A stretch of DNA of 56,634 nt from an uncultured delta proteobacterium (GTDB lineage: Bacteria > Myxococcota > Myxococcia > Myxococcales > Anaeromyxobacteraceae), in NCBI GenBank assembly GCA_963845515.1, contig CAWJSR010000038.1, forward strand, positions 1 through 56,634, read 5' to 3'. This document shows, in pieces, positions 49,050-56,634 of this stretch. Below the pieces are notes generated by a model. The model saw only the letters and a program-made list of their open reading frames with translations, had not been told where the DNA came from and did no database searches. The stretch's first letter is position 1, and each line of letters starts with the position of its first letter. A program made the position numbers and the translations under genes.

Positions 49050-50666
49050 TCAGTCGAGCGCCGGCCACTTCCCCGGGGCGCACGTGGGCGCGACGATCCG
49101 CGCCGCGACGAGGGCGCGGCTGAGCGCGATGTGCATGCGCGTCGCGAAGCGTTCCCGTGCCTCCGCCCCCTCGACGACGACGATGATCGCCGGCCGCTCC
49201 AGCCCCTTCCAGCGGAGGAAGGTGTCGGCGACGAGCCGATCCTCCATCTCGGCGTGGTCGGCCGCGACGAACTGGTGCTTACCGAGCAGCGGCTGCCGGA
49301 GGACGGCGCCGTCGGCCGACTGGCCGCGCAGCGACACCACGCCGATCTCACCCGGCGTCAACCCCTGCGCGAGGAGCCGATCGAGCTCCGCGCCGACGAC
49401 GGCCGCGGCGCGTGCCGGATCGTCGCAGGGGAGGAGCGCGAGGGACCCCTCCTTCACCGCGCGGGCTATCGCCCGCTCGTCCGCGGGCTTCCCGGCGTAG
49501 CGCGCAGCGAGCGCCTCGATCCCGGGCGGGCAGCGCTGTCCGCTCGGCAGCGTGAAGGTGGTCTTGAAGAGCTCGGTCGGCGGCCTGCGCTCGAGCCAGT
49601 AGCTCTGGCTGGGATCGTGGAGGACCCAGAGCCGCCGCCCCTTCGCGAGCGCGTCGACCAGGCACCAGCCCTCCAGCGTGAGGTCCTGCCCCTCGTCCAC
49701 CACCACCACGTCCCAGCGCGGCTCGGCGTGGTCGAGCGCCCGCTCGTACGTCGCGCGCCAGAACTCGGTGCCTGTGAGGTCGCCCTCCTCGGGCGCGACG
49801 CCGGCCCCGACGGCGATCTTCCTCGCGAGGCCGCTCACCGTCTCGACGTCCACCCCGTCGGCGGCCAGCCGCGCCGCGAGCCACTTCTGCAGCGGCGCGG
49901 TGAAGCAGAGGAGCAGGACCCGCTTCCCCTCGGCGGCGTGGCGGCGCGCCGCCTCCGCCGCGAGGAGCGTCTTCCCCGAGCCGGCGCCGCCGGCGATGAG
50001 CACCCGGTCGTTGCCGAGCAGCCCCTCGAGCGCCGCGAGCTGCGCCGCGTCGAGCGCCAGGCGCTGCTCCTCGGCGAGGTGCGCCTTCGTGCCGAGCGAG
50101 AGCGAGGGGACCCAGCTCTCGCCCCAGAGCTTCTGGAGCCGCTCGATCCAGTCGCCACGCCCGGCGCGCGGCGCGGGGATGGCACGCTTGACGATGGTGT
50201 CGAAGTACTGCTCCAGCCAGTGGAGCTGCAGCTTCCCGAGGACCGCGCCCCGCAGGTCGTCCGCGCCGGGCTGCTCGTCGAACTCGGTGTCGGGGAAGGC
50301 GGTCGCCACGCCCCACGCCGGCGGCGCGCTGCCGTAGGCGTCCAGCCGCTTCAGGAGGAAGGCCTGGTAGTCGAGCCCCTGCGTGAGGGGCGCCGGGTCG
50401 AGCGGGTGGCCGTTCTGGGACCAGCGGCCGTCGCGCTGCTCGACGTGGCCGCCCTTGACCTCCAGCACGAGCATGCCGCGCTCCGGGTGGGCGAGGACGA
50501 AGTCCCCTTCCCCCATGTACCCCTTCTCGTTCCGGAGCCGGAGCGAGTGCCAGGCATGCCAGCCCGCTGGGAGCCGCTTCTTCAGCGCGCTCCAGACCTC
50601 ACGCTCGGCCTGCGACGTGGTGGGGCGCGGCATTTCCCTGGGATGTATGACGCCAGTTGGCTGCAT
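49050..50666 (-). CDS. NERD nuclease domain + SF1 helicase
   Basis: EGDFVLAHP...LEVKGG; GGAGSGKT; VDEGQD; WKGLE; IALSRA. Confidence 0.85.
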   Translation of the reverse strand: MQPTGVIHPREMPRPTTSQAEREVWSALKKRLPAGWHAWHSLRLRNEKGYMGEGDFVLAHPERGMLVLEVKGGHVEQRDGRWSQNGHPLDPAPLTQGLDYQAFLLKRLDAYGSAPPAWGVATAFPDTEFDEQPGADDLRGAVLGKLQLHWLEQYFDTIVKRAIPAPRAGRGDWIERLQKLWGESWVPSLSLGTKAHLAEEQRLALDAAQLAALEGLLGNDRVLIAGGAGSGKTLLAAEAARRHAAEGKRVLLLCFTAPLQKWLAARLAADGVDVETVSGLARKIAVGAGVAPEEGDLTGTEFWRATYERALDHAEPRWDVVVVDEGQDLTLEGWCLVDALAKGRRLWVLHDPSQSYWLERRPPTELFKTTFTLPSGQRCPPGIEALAARYAGKPADERAIARAVKEGSLALLPCDDPARAAAVVGAELDRLLAQGLTPGEIGVVSLRGQSADGAVLRQPLLGKHQFVAADHAEMEDRLVADTFLRWKGLERPAIIVVVEGAEARERFATRMHIALSRALVAARIVAPTCAPGKWPALD

Positions 50667-50813
50667 CGGGCCAGAGTGCCAGAGGTGCGACCGCGAATCG
50701 AAGATTCGGCGGCTCATTGGCGCCGCGCGGCGGGCGGCCGGCCGGCCTGTCCCCACGGCAAGGGACGATTGAACGCAGGCGGCCGAGTCCGTCGGTGGAG
50801 TAACTTCGGCCCG

Positions 50814-51860
50814 ATGCCCAACGCCCCCACCACGGTCGACCGCGCGCGGGCGCGTGGAGCGCTGATCGGCCTCGCGGTCGGTGACGCGCTGGGGACGACG
50901 CTGGAGTTCGCCGAGGCTTCAGCCCCGCCTTTCCCGATGCTCGCCACCGGCCCGCACCGCGAGATCGTCGGCGGCGGCCCCTTCGGCGTCGCGCCCGGCC
51001 AGGTCACCGACGACACGCAGATGGCGGTCTGCCTGGCCACCTCGCTCCTCACCACCGGGGGCTTCGACCCGGACGACGTCGCGGCCCGCTACGTCGAGTG
51101 GGGACACGTCGCGTTCGACGCGGGCGCCCAGACCCGCGAGGCGCTCGCCGCGCTGGAGCACGGGACGCCGCCGCTGGAGGCCGGGCGCGCCGTCTGGCTC
51201 GCGGCGAAGGGACGCCCACCAGCGGCGAACGGCTCGCTGATGCGGACCGCCCCCATCGGCGTCCGCTTCGCGCGGGACCCGCGCGCCAGGATGGCCGCCT
51301 CGCTTCGCGACTCGGCGATCACCCACTTCGATCCGCGCTGCCAGCTCGCCTGCGTCGCGCTCAACGCGGCCATCGCCGCGGCGCTCACGCAGCGCCCCAC
51401 CGAGCCGCTCGCGCTCTTCGAGCAGGCGATCGCGGAGCTGATCCGCGCGACGCGGCTCCTCTCCCGCGTCCGGACCATCTCGTCCCACGTGCGCCGCGCG
51501 GCGGTCGACGCCATCCTGGAGGACATGCACCTGGCGCTGGAGCCCGACCCGCAGCTCTACGCCAGCGACGCGCACCTGCTGGAGACGCAGGGGTTCGTGA
51601 GGGTCGCGCTGCGGCTCGCCTTCTGGGAGCTCTTCCAGGCGCCCAGCTTCGAGGACGCGCTGGTCGACGTCGTGAACCGCGGCGGCGACGCCGACACCAA
51701 CGCCACCGTCACCGGCGCCCTCCTCGGCGCGTTCTGGGGAGAGGCCGCGATCCCCGAGCGCTGGCGCCGGACCGTCCTCGGAGCGCTGGAGGGACAGGAC
51801 GGGCCGTTCGCGGACACCTACCACCCGCGGAGGCTGCTCCCGCTCGCGGAGGTGGCGTAG
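50814..51860 (+). CDS. ADP-ribosylglycohydrolase
   Basis: GLAVGDALG, TDDTQM, NGSLMR, ITH, GGDADT. Confidence 0.92.
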   Translation: MPNAPTTVDRARARGALIGLAVGDALGTTLEFAEASAPPFPMLATGPHREIVGGGPFGVAPGQVTDDTQMAVCLATSLLTTGGFDPDDVAARYVEWGHVAFDAGAQTREALAALEHGTPPLEAGRAVWLAAKGRPPAANGSLMRTAPIGVRFARDPRARMAASLRDSAITHFDPRCQLACVALNAAIAAALTQRPTEPLALFEQAIAELIRATRLLSRVRTISSHVRRAAVDAILEDMHLALEPDPQLYASDAHLLETQGFVRVALRLAFWELFQAPSFEDALVDVVNRGGDADTNATVTGALLGAFWGEAAIPERWRRTVLGALEGQDGPFADTYHPRRLLPLAEVA

Positions 51861-51882
51861 CCGGTTCGCGCTGGCCAGCGGG

Positions 51883-51977
51883 GGAACTTACCTCTCCCCG
51901 CTCCGGCGCTGACCATTCATCGCACCCTCGCGCCTCCCAGATGCACCTCTCCCCCGCCCCCGCGCTGACCACAGTCC
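51883..51977. repeat. Nested hairpin half / IS end / hairpin half / IS end
   Basis: CCTCTCCCCGCTCCGGCG|CTGACCATTCATC (51909)...TGCACCTCTCCCCCGCCCCCGCG|CTGACCACAGTCC (51965). Confidence 0.75.
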
Positions 51978-52147
51978 TTCCAAGCGGACACGAGCACTTC
52001 CCCGCTCCCGGTCGCCTGATCGGCGTCGCGACCGGTCCCGCCAGGACCGTCGCCGCGGAGAAGCGGCTTTCGACGGGGGAGTGGGCGACCGCCGCCCCCC
52101 TGCGGCAGGCCGGCCTCCTGCCACCCCCGCTGTGCTGGCGGCGCCCC

Positions 52148-52285
52148 TCATCCGTCCAACCCACTCCCCGGGCTTCGCCCCGGCTCGGATGCCTGACGCG
52201 CTCGCGGGTGGCCGGCGAGCGTGTAACGGTCCATCCACGCATCTCCGAATTGGCGTCGCGCGGCGAGGAGATTGTGGAGTTGGCA
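52148..52285 (-). pseudogene. C-terminal piece of the RIT-interrupted HNH endonuclease
   Basis: CQLHNLLAARRQFGDAWMDRYT...* continues VRVL from 55662. Confidence 0.8.
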
Positions 52286-52367
52286 TTATGCCGACTCCTG
52301 GATTATGCCGCGCGGTGCTGCAGAGCCAGCTCGGTCGAGGGAGTGCCCCGCTCGCGACGCGGCATAA

Positions 52368-53357
52368 TCACAGCCCCTCCAGGAAGGCGAGCAGCGAGTC
52401 CTTGGGCCGGAATCGTCCGGGCCTCACGCCGGGAGGCGCGGTGCGTGCGAGCGCCCGCTCCTTCATGGCCAGGTCGGCGTCGAGATAGATCTGCGTCGTC
52501 TCGACCTGCTCGTGACCGAGCCAGAGCGCGATGACCGCGCGGTCGACGCCTGCCTCGAGGAGTTGCACGGCCGTGGTGTGGCGAAGAACGTGTGGCGTGA
52601 CGTGCTTGCGGGCCAGGGATGGGCATTTGCTGGCGGCGAGGCGGACGTACTTGGCGACGAGCCGCTCGACGGCGTCGTGGCTGAGCTGGCTCCGACGAAG
52701 GCTGCGGAACACGAAGTCGGGCCCGGCAGCGCCGCACTCGGAGATCCATCCGCGAAGTACGCTCGCCGTAGCGCGCGAGAGCGGCGTGCAGCGCTCTTTG
52801 CGGCCCTTGCCGTGGCAGCGGACGTTGGCGGCGGTGCCGAGGGTGAGGTCTTCGACCCGCAGGGCGGTGAGCTCGGCCAAACGAAGTCCGGTCTGCACGG
52901 CGAGGAGAAGAAGGGCGTGGTCGCGTCGGCCGAGCCGGGCGGTCGTGTCTGGCGCTGCGAGGAGGGCGTCGACCTCGGCCGTGGTGAGGAATCCCACGAG
53001 GTCTCGGTCGAACCGCTTCTGCGGAATGGCGAGGACACGCTGGATCAGGCCGGCATGCGCTGGTTCGCGGAATGCCGCGAAGCGGAAGCACGAGTGGATC
53101 GCCGCGAGCCGCGCGTTTCGCGTTCGGATGCTGTTGCCTCGCTCCTTCTCGAGGTGATCGAGGAACGCGCCAACGAGCGGCGCGTCGATGTCCGCCAGGA
53201 ACAGGTTGGACGGCGCCTTGCCAACCTGCGTCTCCATGAAAGCGAGGAGGAGCCTGAATGCGTCGCGGTAGGCGGCGACGGTGTGAGGACTCGCCCTTCG
53301 CTGCCGCTGGAGACGTTCGGAGAAGAACGCTTCGAGTAGCGGACCGAGAAGAGTCAT
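52368..53357 (-). CDS. ritC: RitC tyrosine recombinase
   Basis: MTLLGPLLEAFF...TGLR...GKGRKER...HVLRH...LGHE...TTQIY. Confidence 0.88.
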   Translation of the reverse strand: MTLLGPLLEAFFSERLQRQRRASPHTVAAYRDAFRLLLAFMETQVGKAPSNLFLADIDAPLVGAFLDHLEKERGNSIRTRNARLAAIHSCFRFAAFREPAHAGLIQRVLAIPQKRFDRDLVGFLTTAEVDALLAAPDTTARLGRRDHALLLLAVQTGLRLAELTALRVEDLTLGTAANVRCHGKGRKERCTPLSRATASVLRGWISECGAAGPDFVFRSLRRSQLSHDAVERLVAKYVRLAASKCPSLARKHVTPHVLRHTTAVQLLEAGVDRAVIALWLGHEQVETTQIYLDADLAMKERALARTAPPGVRPGRFRPKDSLLAFLEGL

Positions 53358-54287
53358 GGCCGCATCCTCCGCGCCTTCTCGAACCGCTTGCCGGCGAGCG
53401 CAAGCAACTCCGGTGTCGCAGTGAGTGAGGTACCAGTACGTGCTGGTCGGGCTGACGTGGCCGAGATAGGTCGAGAGCGAGGCGATGCGACGCTCGGCGT
53501 CGACGCCCGACCGGTACCAGCCGCGCAGCGTCGTCATCGCGAAGGTGTGGCGGAGATCGTGGAGCCGAGGCCGGCGCCCTGGTGCCTTGTCGAGGCCGGC
53601 GAGATGAAGCAGTCGCAGGAACGTGTGGTGGAAGTTCTGGTGAAGGACGCGTGCCCCGCCGCGCGAGACGAAGAAGCCCCTGCAACGCCTTCGTGGAATC
53701 AGGCGCTCACGGCAGGCGACGTACGCGCGAAGCGCCGCGAGCGTCGACGCGTGGACCGGGACCAGCCGAGACTTCTGGAACTTGGCGTTGCGCACCGTGA
53801 GCAGCGATCTGCTCCAGTCGACGTCCGCATCGTCGAGCGCAAGCGCCTCTCCGACACGCATTCCCGTGGCCGCGAGGAGTCCAAGGAGCGTCGCGCAGGT
53901 CGCTCCCTGAAGTGGGCCTCGCAGAGCCCGCGCCTCGCGCATCAACGTGGCCACCTCGCAGTCCGTGAATAGGTGAGGCGTGAGTCGATGCGAACGGAAC
54001 GGAATCAGATCGGGCGAGGGCACCTCGGTCCGAGGATCGAACGAGCGGTGGTGCCTCGCGAAGCCGCGAACTGCACTGAGCCTCCTCGCCCAGTAGGACG
54101 GTGCGGCGCCGGCCGGCAACTGCGCCCAGCGCACTGCCAGGTCGGTCGTGATGACTTCGCTCCGGTGGGCCGCGAGGAAGGCAACGAACTGGGGCAAGAA
54201 CCATGTGTGGTGGCGCAGCTTGAAGCCGAGGGCGCGCCGGAGCGCGAGGTACTCCTCGGCGGAGCGAGCGAGAGCCGTGCGTTTCAC
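53354..54287 (-). CDS. ritB: RitB tyrosine recombinase; a 4-bp duplication near its 3' end fuses it in frame to RitC
   Basis: YLALRRALGFKL...TGMR...KFQKSR...HDLRH...YLGH...TYWYL. Confidence 0.85.
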
Positions 54288-55483
54288 GGGTCACCTCCCG
54301 GCCACGGCTGCGCCAGGGCGCTCAGCGAGGCGAGGTCCACCTTGGCGTAGATCGCGGTGGTGTCGATGTGCCGGTGGCGAAGCAGATGCGCGATCTCGGG
54401 CAGCGACGCGCCGCGGCGAAGAAGTTGCGTGGCGGCGGTGTGCCGAAGCAGATGCGCGCTCCCCGTGAGGCCAGCTCGCAGGAGTGCTGTCTGAACGACG
54501 TGGATGATCGCGCCCGACCGCATTCCAGTGTGGGGCGCATGGCAGCGCAGGAAGAGGCTCCGCTCGCTTGCGTGGGGCCGGCCGTGGCGGACGTACGCGG
54601 CGAGCACGCGGCCAACGTCCGCAGGAAGGGGGAGGCGGCTCTGGTGCCGCCCTTTGCCGTGGACCGACAACTCGCCGGCCCGCCAGTCGACGTCGTCGAG
54701 ATTGAGCGCGGCCACTTCTCCGGCGCGCAGCCCGAGCCGGAGCAGTAGCCTCACGACCGCCGCGTCGCGAAGTCCGGTCTTCGACCAATCGAAGACCGAC
54801 AGGAGCCGGCCTATCTCGGTCTGCTCGAGAGCCGCAGGGACACCGGCGAGACGCCACCCGGCCACCGCCGGCACGCAGGCGGACAAGTCGTGGTCGATCG
54901 CCCCGCGCACGTGCAGGAACCGCAGCAGCGACCGCAGGTGAGTCACCGTCAGCTTGGAGGTGCCGATGCTGCGCGACTCGCGGGTGCTGCGCAGGACGAA
55001 GCTCGTGACCTCCGTCGCAGTCAGCCGGCCCCAGTCCAGCCGTGGACGCTCGCTCCGCACGAACCGCGCCGCGAAGTCGGCATATCCACGGATGGTGGAT
55101 GCTACGAGGCCTCGCTCCTGCCGAAGGTACGCGGCGTACTCCCTCGTGAGACGGCCGGCTGCCGAGTTGTCGACGATGGGCGTCGGCATGGGGATGACGC
55201 CAGCCTGGCGGAGATGGTTAAGCAACGGCGCGACGGCGCGGCGTGCGACGTAGTGTGTGTACCCTCGCCGACGCCGGGAGCGCAGGAACTCGGCGACTAC
55301 GTCCTCCCTGAGATCGGCAAGCGTCAGTCCCTTGGCCTGAAGCCACCGGCCGAGGTGGGCGGCCAACCTCAGCTGATTCCCGGCAGACTCCGCCGCGTAG
55401 CCTTGCCGCCGCAACTCCGCCCAAAACCCCTGCGCGTGCGCCAAGAGAGGACCTCGAATCCTCACCGAAGCCGGATCGAACAT
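54284..55483 (-). CDS. ritA: RitA tyrosine recombinase
   Basis: LGLRAGE, GKG, HLLRH, LRHR, TTAIYAKVD...PWP. Confidence 0.88.
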   Translation of the reverse strand: MFDPASVRIRGPLLAHAQGFWAELRRQGYAAESAGNQLRLAAHLGRWLQAKGLTLADLREDVVAEFLRSRRRRGYTHYVARRAVAPLLNHLRQAGVIPMPTPIVDNSAAGRLTREYAAYLRQERGLVASTIRGYADFAARFVRSERPRLDWGRLTATEVTSFVLRSTRESRSIGTSKLTVTHLRSLLRFLHVRGAIDHDLSACVPAVAGWRLAGVPAALEQTEIGRLLSVFDWSKTGLRDAAVVRLLLRLGLRAGEVAALNLDDVDWRAGELSVHGKGRHQSRLPLPADVGRVLAAYVRHGRPHASERSLFLRCHAPHTGMRSGAIIHVVQTALLRAGLTGSAHLLRHTAATQLLRRGASLPEIAHLLRHRHIDTTAIYAKVDLASLSALAQPWPGGDP

Positions 55484-55661
55484 GTCTGCCTCCTCGACGG
55501 CGAAGTGCCGTGAAGAGGCAAGGATGCTCCGATCGAAGTCTCCGGATTATGCCGCGTCCAGAACGCTCACCCGCTTGCGCCCCAGCGCTTCCGTGAACTG
55601 ACGCGGCATAAGCCGCCGGGCGGCATAATGCGCAATTATGCCGCGAGCGGCATAACGAACA

Positions 55662-56615
55662 TAGGACCCTGACCCCGGCCACTGTCGACTCTCCGCCGCG
55701 GGCGCGCGGCACGATGTGATCGAACTGAAGCCGGTGCGTCGAGCCGCAGAAGCCTCCGCCGTCCAGCGGCCACTGGCAGCACCCGCCGTCGCGGAGCCAT
55801 ACCTCGCGCCTGACGGCGGCGGGGATGTGGGCGGTGTCAGGCGTGCCTGCGGCGGATGCGGGCGGCTTAACGGTCTTCGGCCTCGAGCACATCCCCTTCC
55901 GCTTCGCCGCCCGCTCGATGAGGAGATCCAGACCTGCCTCCAAGATGGCCTCGGCGTCTGCGCCTGGGAGGGAGTGGGAGAGCGCGTCGCGAGCGGCGTC
56001 GAGCTTCTCCATGAACCGCTTCGAGACCGTGACGTGAAGGCGGCGCAGGTCGGCGGTGAGCGGCTCGGCGACGGTTCTCGGAGCGGCCGGCGCGGGCGAC
56101 GCGGGCGCGAGTTCTACTGGACGAACTTCTGCGCACATTTGCCGCATGGGGCTGGGCGGAGCGATCTGCGGGAGCGGGCGTGCGGCGGTCGGCGGCAGCG
56201 CCGTCAGCACCTCGCGGCGAGGCACGGCGACCTGAGGGCAGATCTCCGCCGCGAGCGCCTTCGCCTCCTGCTTCGAGGCGTGGAAGAACTGCGGCAGCAC
56301 CGCCGACCGGTTCACCGGCGTGATCACCTTCGCCAGCTCGACTACGCTCGTGATGCACAAGCGCCCATCGCGCAGTGGCTCGACGACCTCCGGAAAGCGC
56401 TGGATCAGCTCCGCCGCCGTCTTGCGGAAGTGGCTCGCCCCCTTCGACAGGCCGAGCTCCCGGTGCAGGAAGGTGAACAGGCTAGAGTGGCCCAGCTTCA
56501 GCCACAGCCTGCGATCGTCGAAGTCAGCGAGGGCGACGAGGAAGTCGGCCATTGCGCCCTGCTCGCGGCGGAGGAGACGAAGCAGGTGGGCGGCGGTTTC
56601 GCGGGCGTTGTCCAT
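55662..56615 (-). pseudogene. Myxobacterial HNH endonuclease, N-terminal part, interrupted by the RIT
   Basis: IPAAVRREVWLRDGGCCQW...CGS...QFDHIVP...GG.ST...VRVL. Confidence 0.82.
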
Positions 56616-56634
56616 GCACTCATGGTCTCACGCG

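Larger units (their letters stand above)
52286..55655 (-). mobile_element. RIT (recombinase-in-trio) element
   Basis: Three overlapping tyrosine recombinase genes; TTATGCCG/CGGCATAA repeats (3 left, 5 right) define the ends. Confidence 0.9.

Noticed and set aside
48984..50813. Long N-terminal extension of the ADP-ribosylglycohydrolase (958-aa ORF)
   Set aside because: The extension is the antisense of the NERD-helicase; the real start is probably 50814
55545..55655. Mini-CRISPR or iteron array from TTATGCCG repeats
   Set aside because: Short octamers in both orientations at RIT ends, i.e. recombinase binding sites

Overview
High-GC window from a probable Myxococcota (Anaeromyxobacter-like) genome. 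It is an accessory, defence-island-like mosaic with no core housekeeping operon and no recognisable rRNA, tRNA or CRISPR array. All product calls come from motif recognition by eye, not database searches. Contents: (1) intact MqsRA and VapBC toxin-antitoxin pairs plus several truncated TA remnants; (2) nucleic-acid enzymes: DUF3427 helicase tail, SWIM-SNF2, frameshifted AddAB/AdnAB-like pair, AAA-DUF4143, NERD-helicase, DUF2779, WYL remnant; (3) a lipid-enzyme gene run: LNS2 HAD, patatin-like, DUF1207; (4) three mobile elements: an IS4 with a 10-bp target duplication, an IS630, and a RIT element splitting an HNH gene. The most striking non-coding structure is a family of boxC/REP-like hairpins (CCCCCTCACC-N3-CCTCTCCCC...GGGGAGAGG). 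They flank a DUF559 endonuclease gene in inverted orientation, are hit at their apex by IS4-type ends (CTGACCA...), and are also carried just inside those ends, giving nested insertions at about 17-19 kb and about 51.9 kb. Clustered single-base indels (19.3-23.5 kb, IS630, epimerase) may be sequencing errors rather than real decay.
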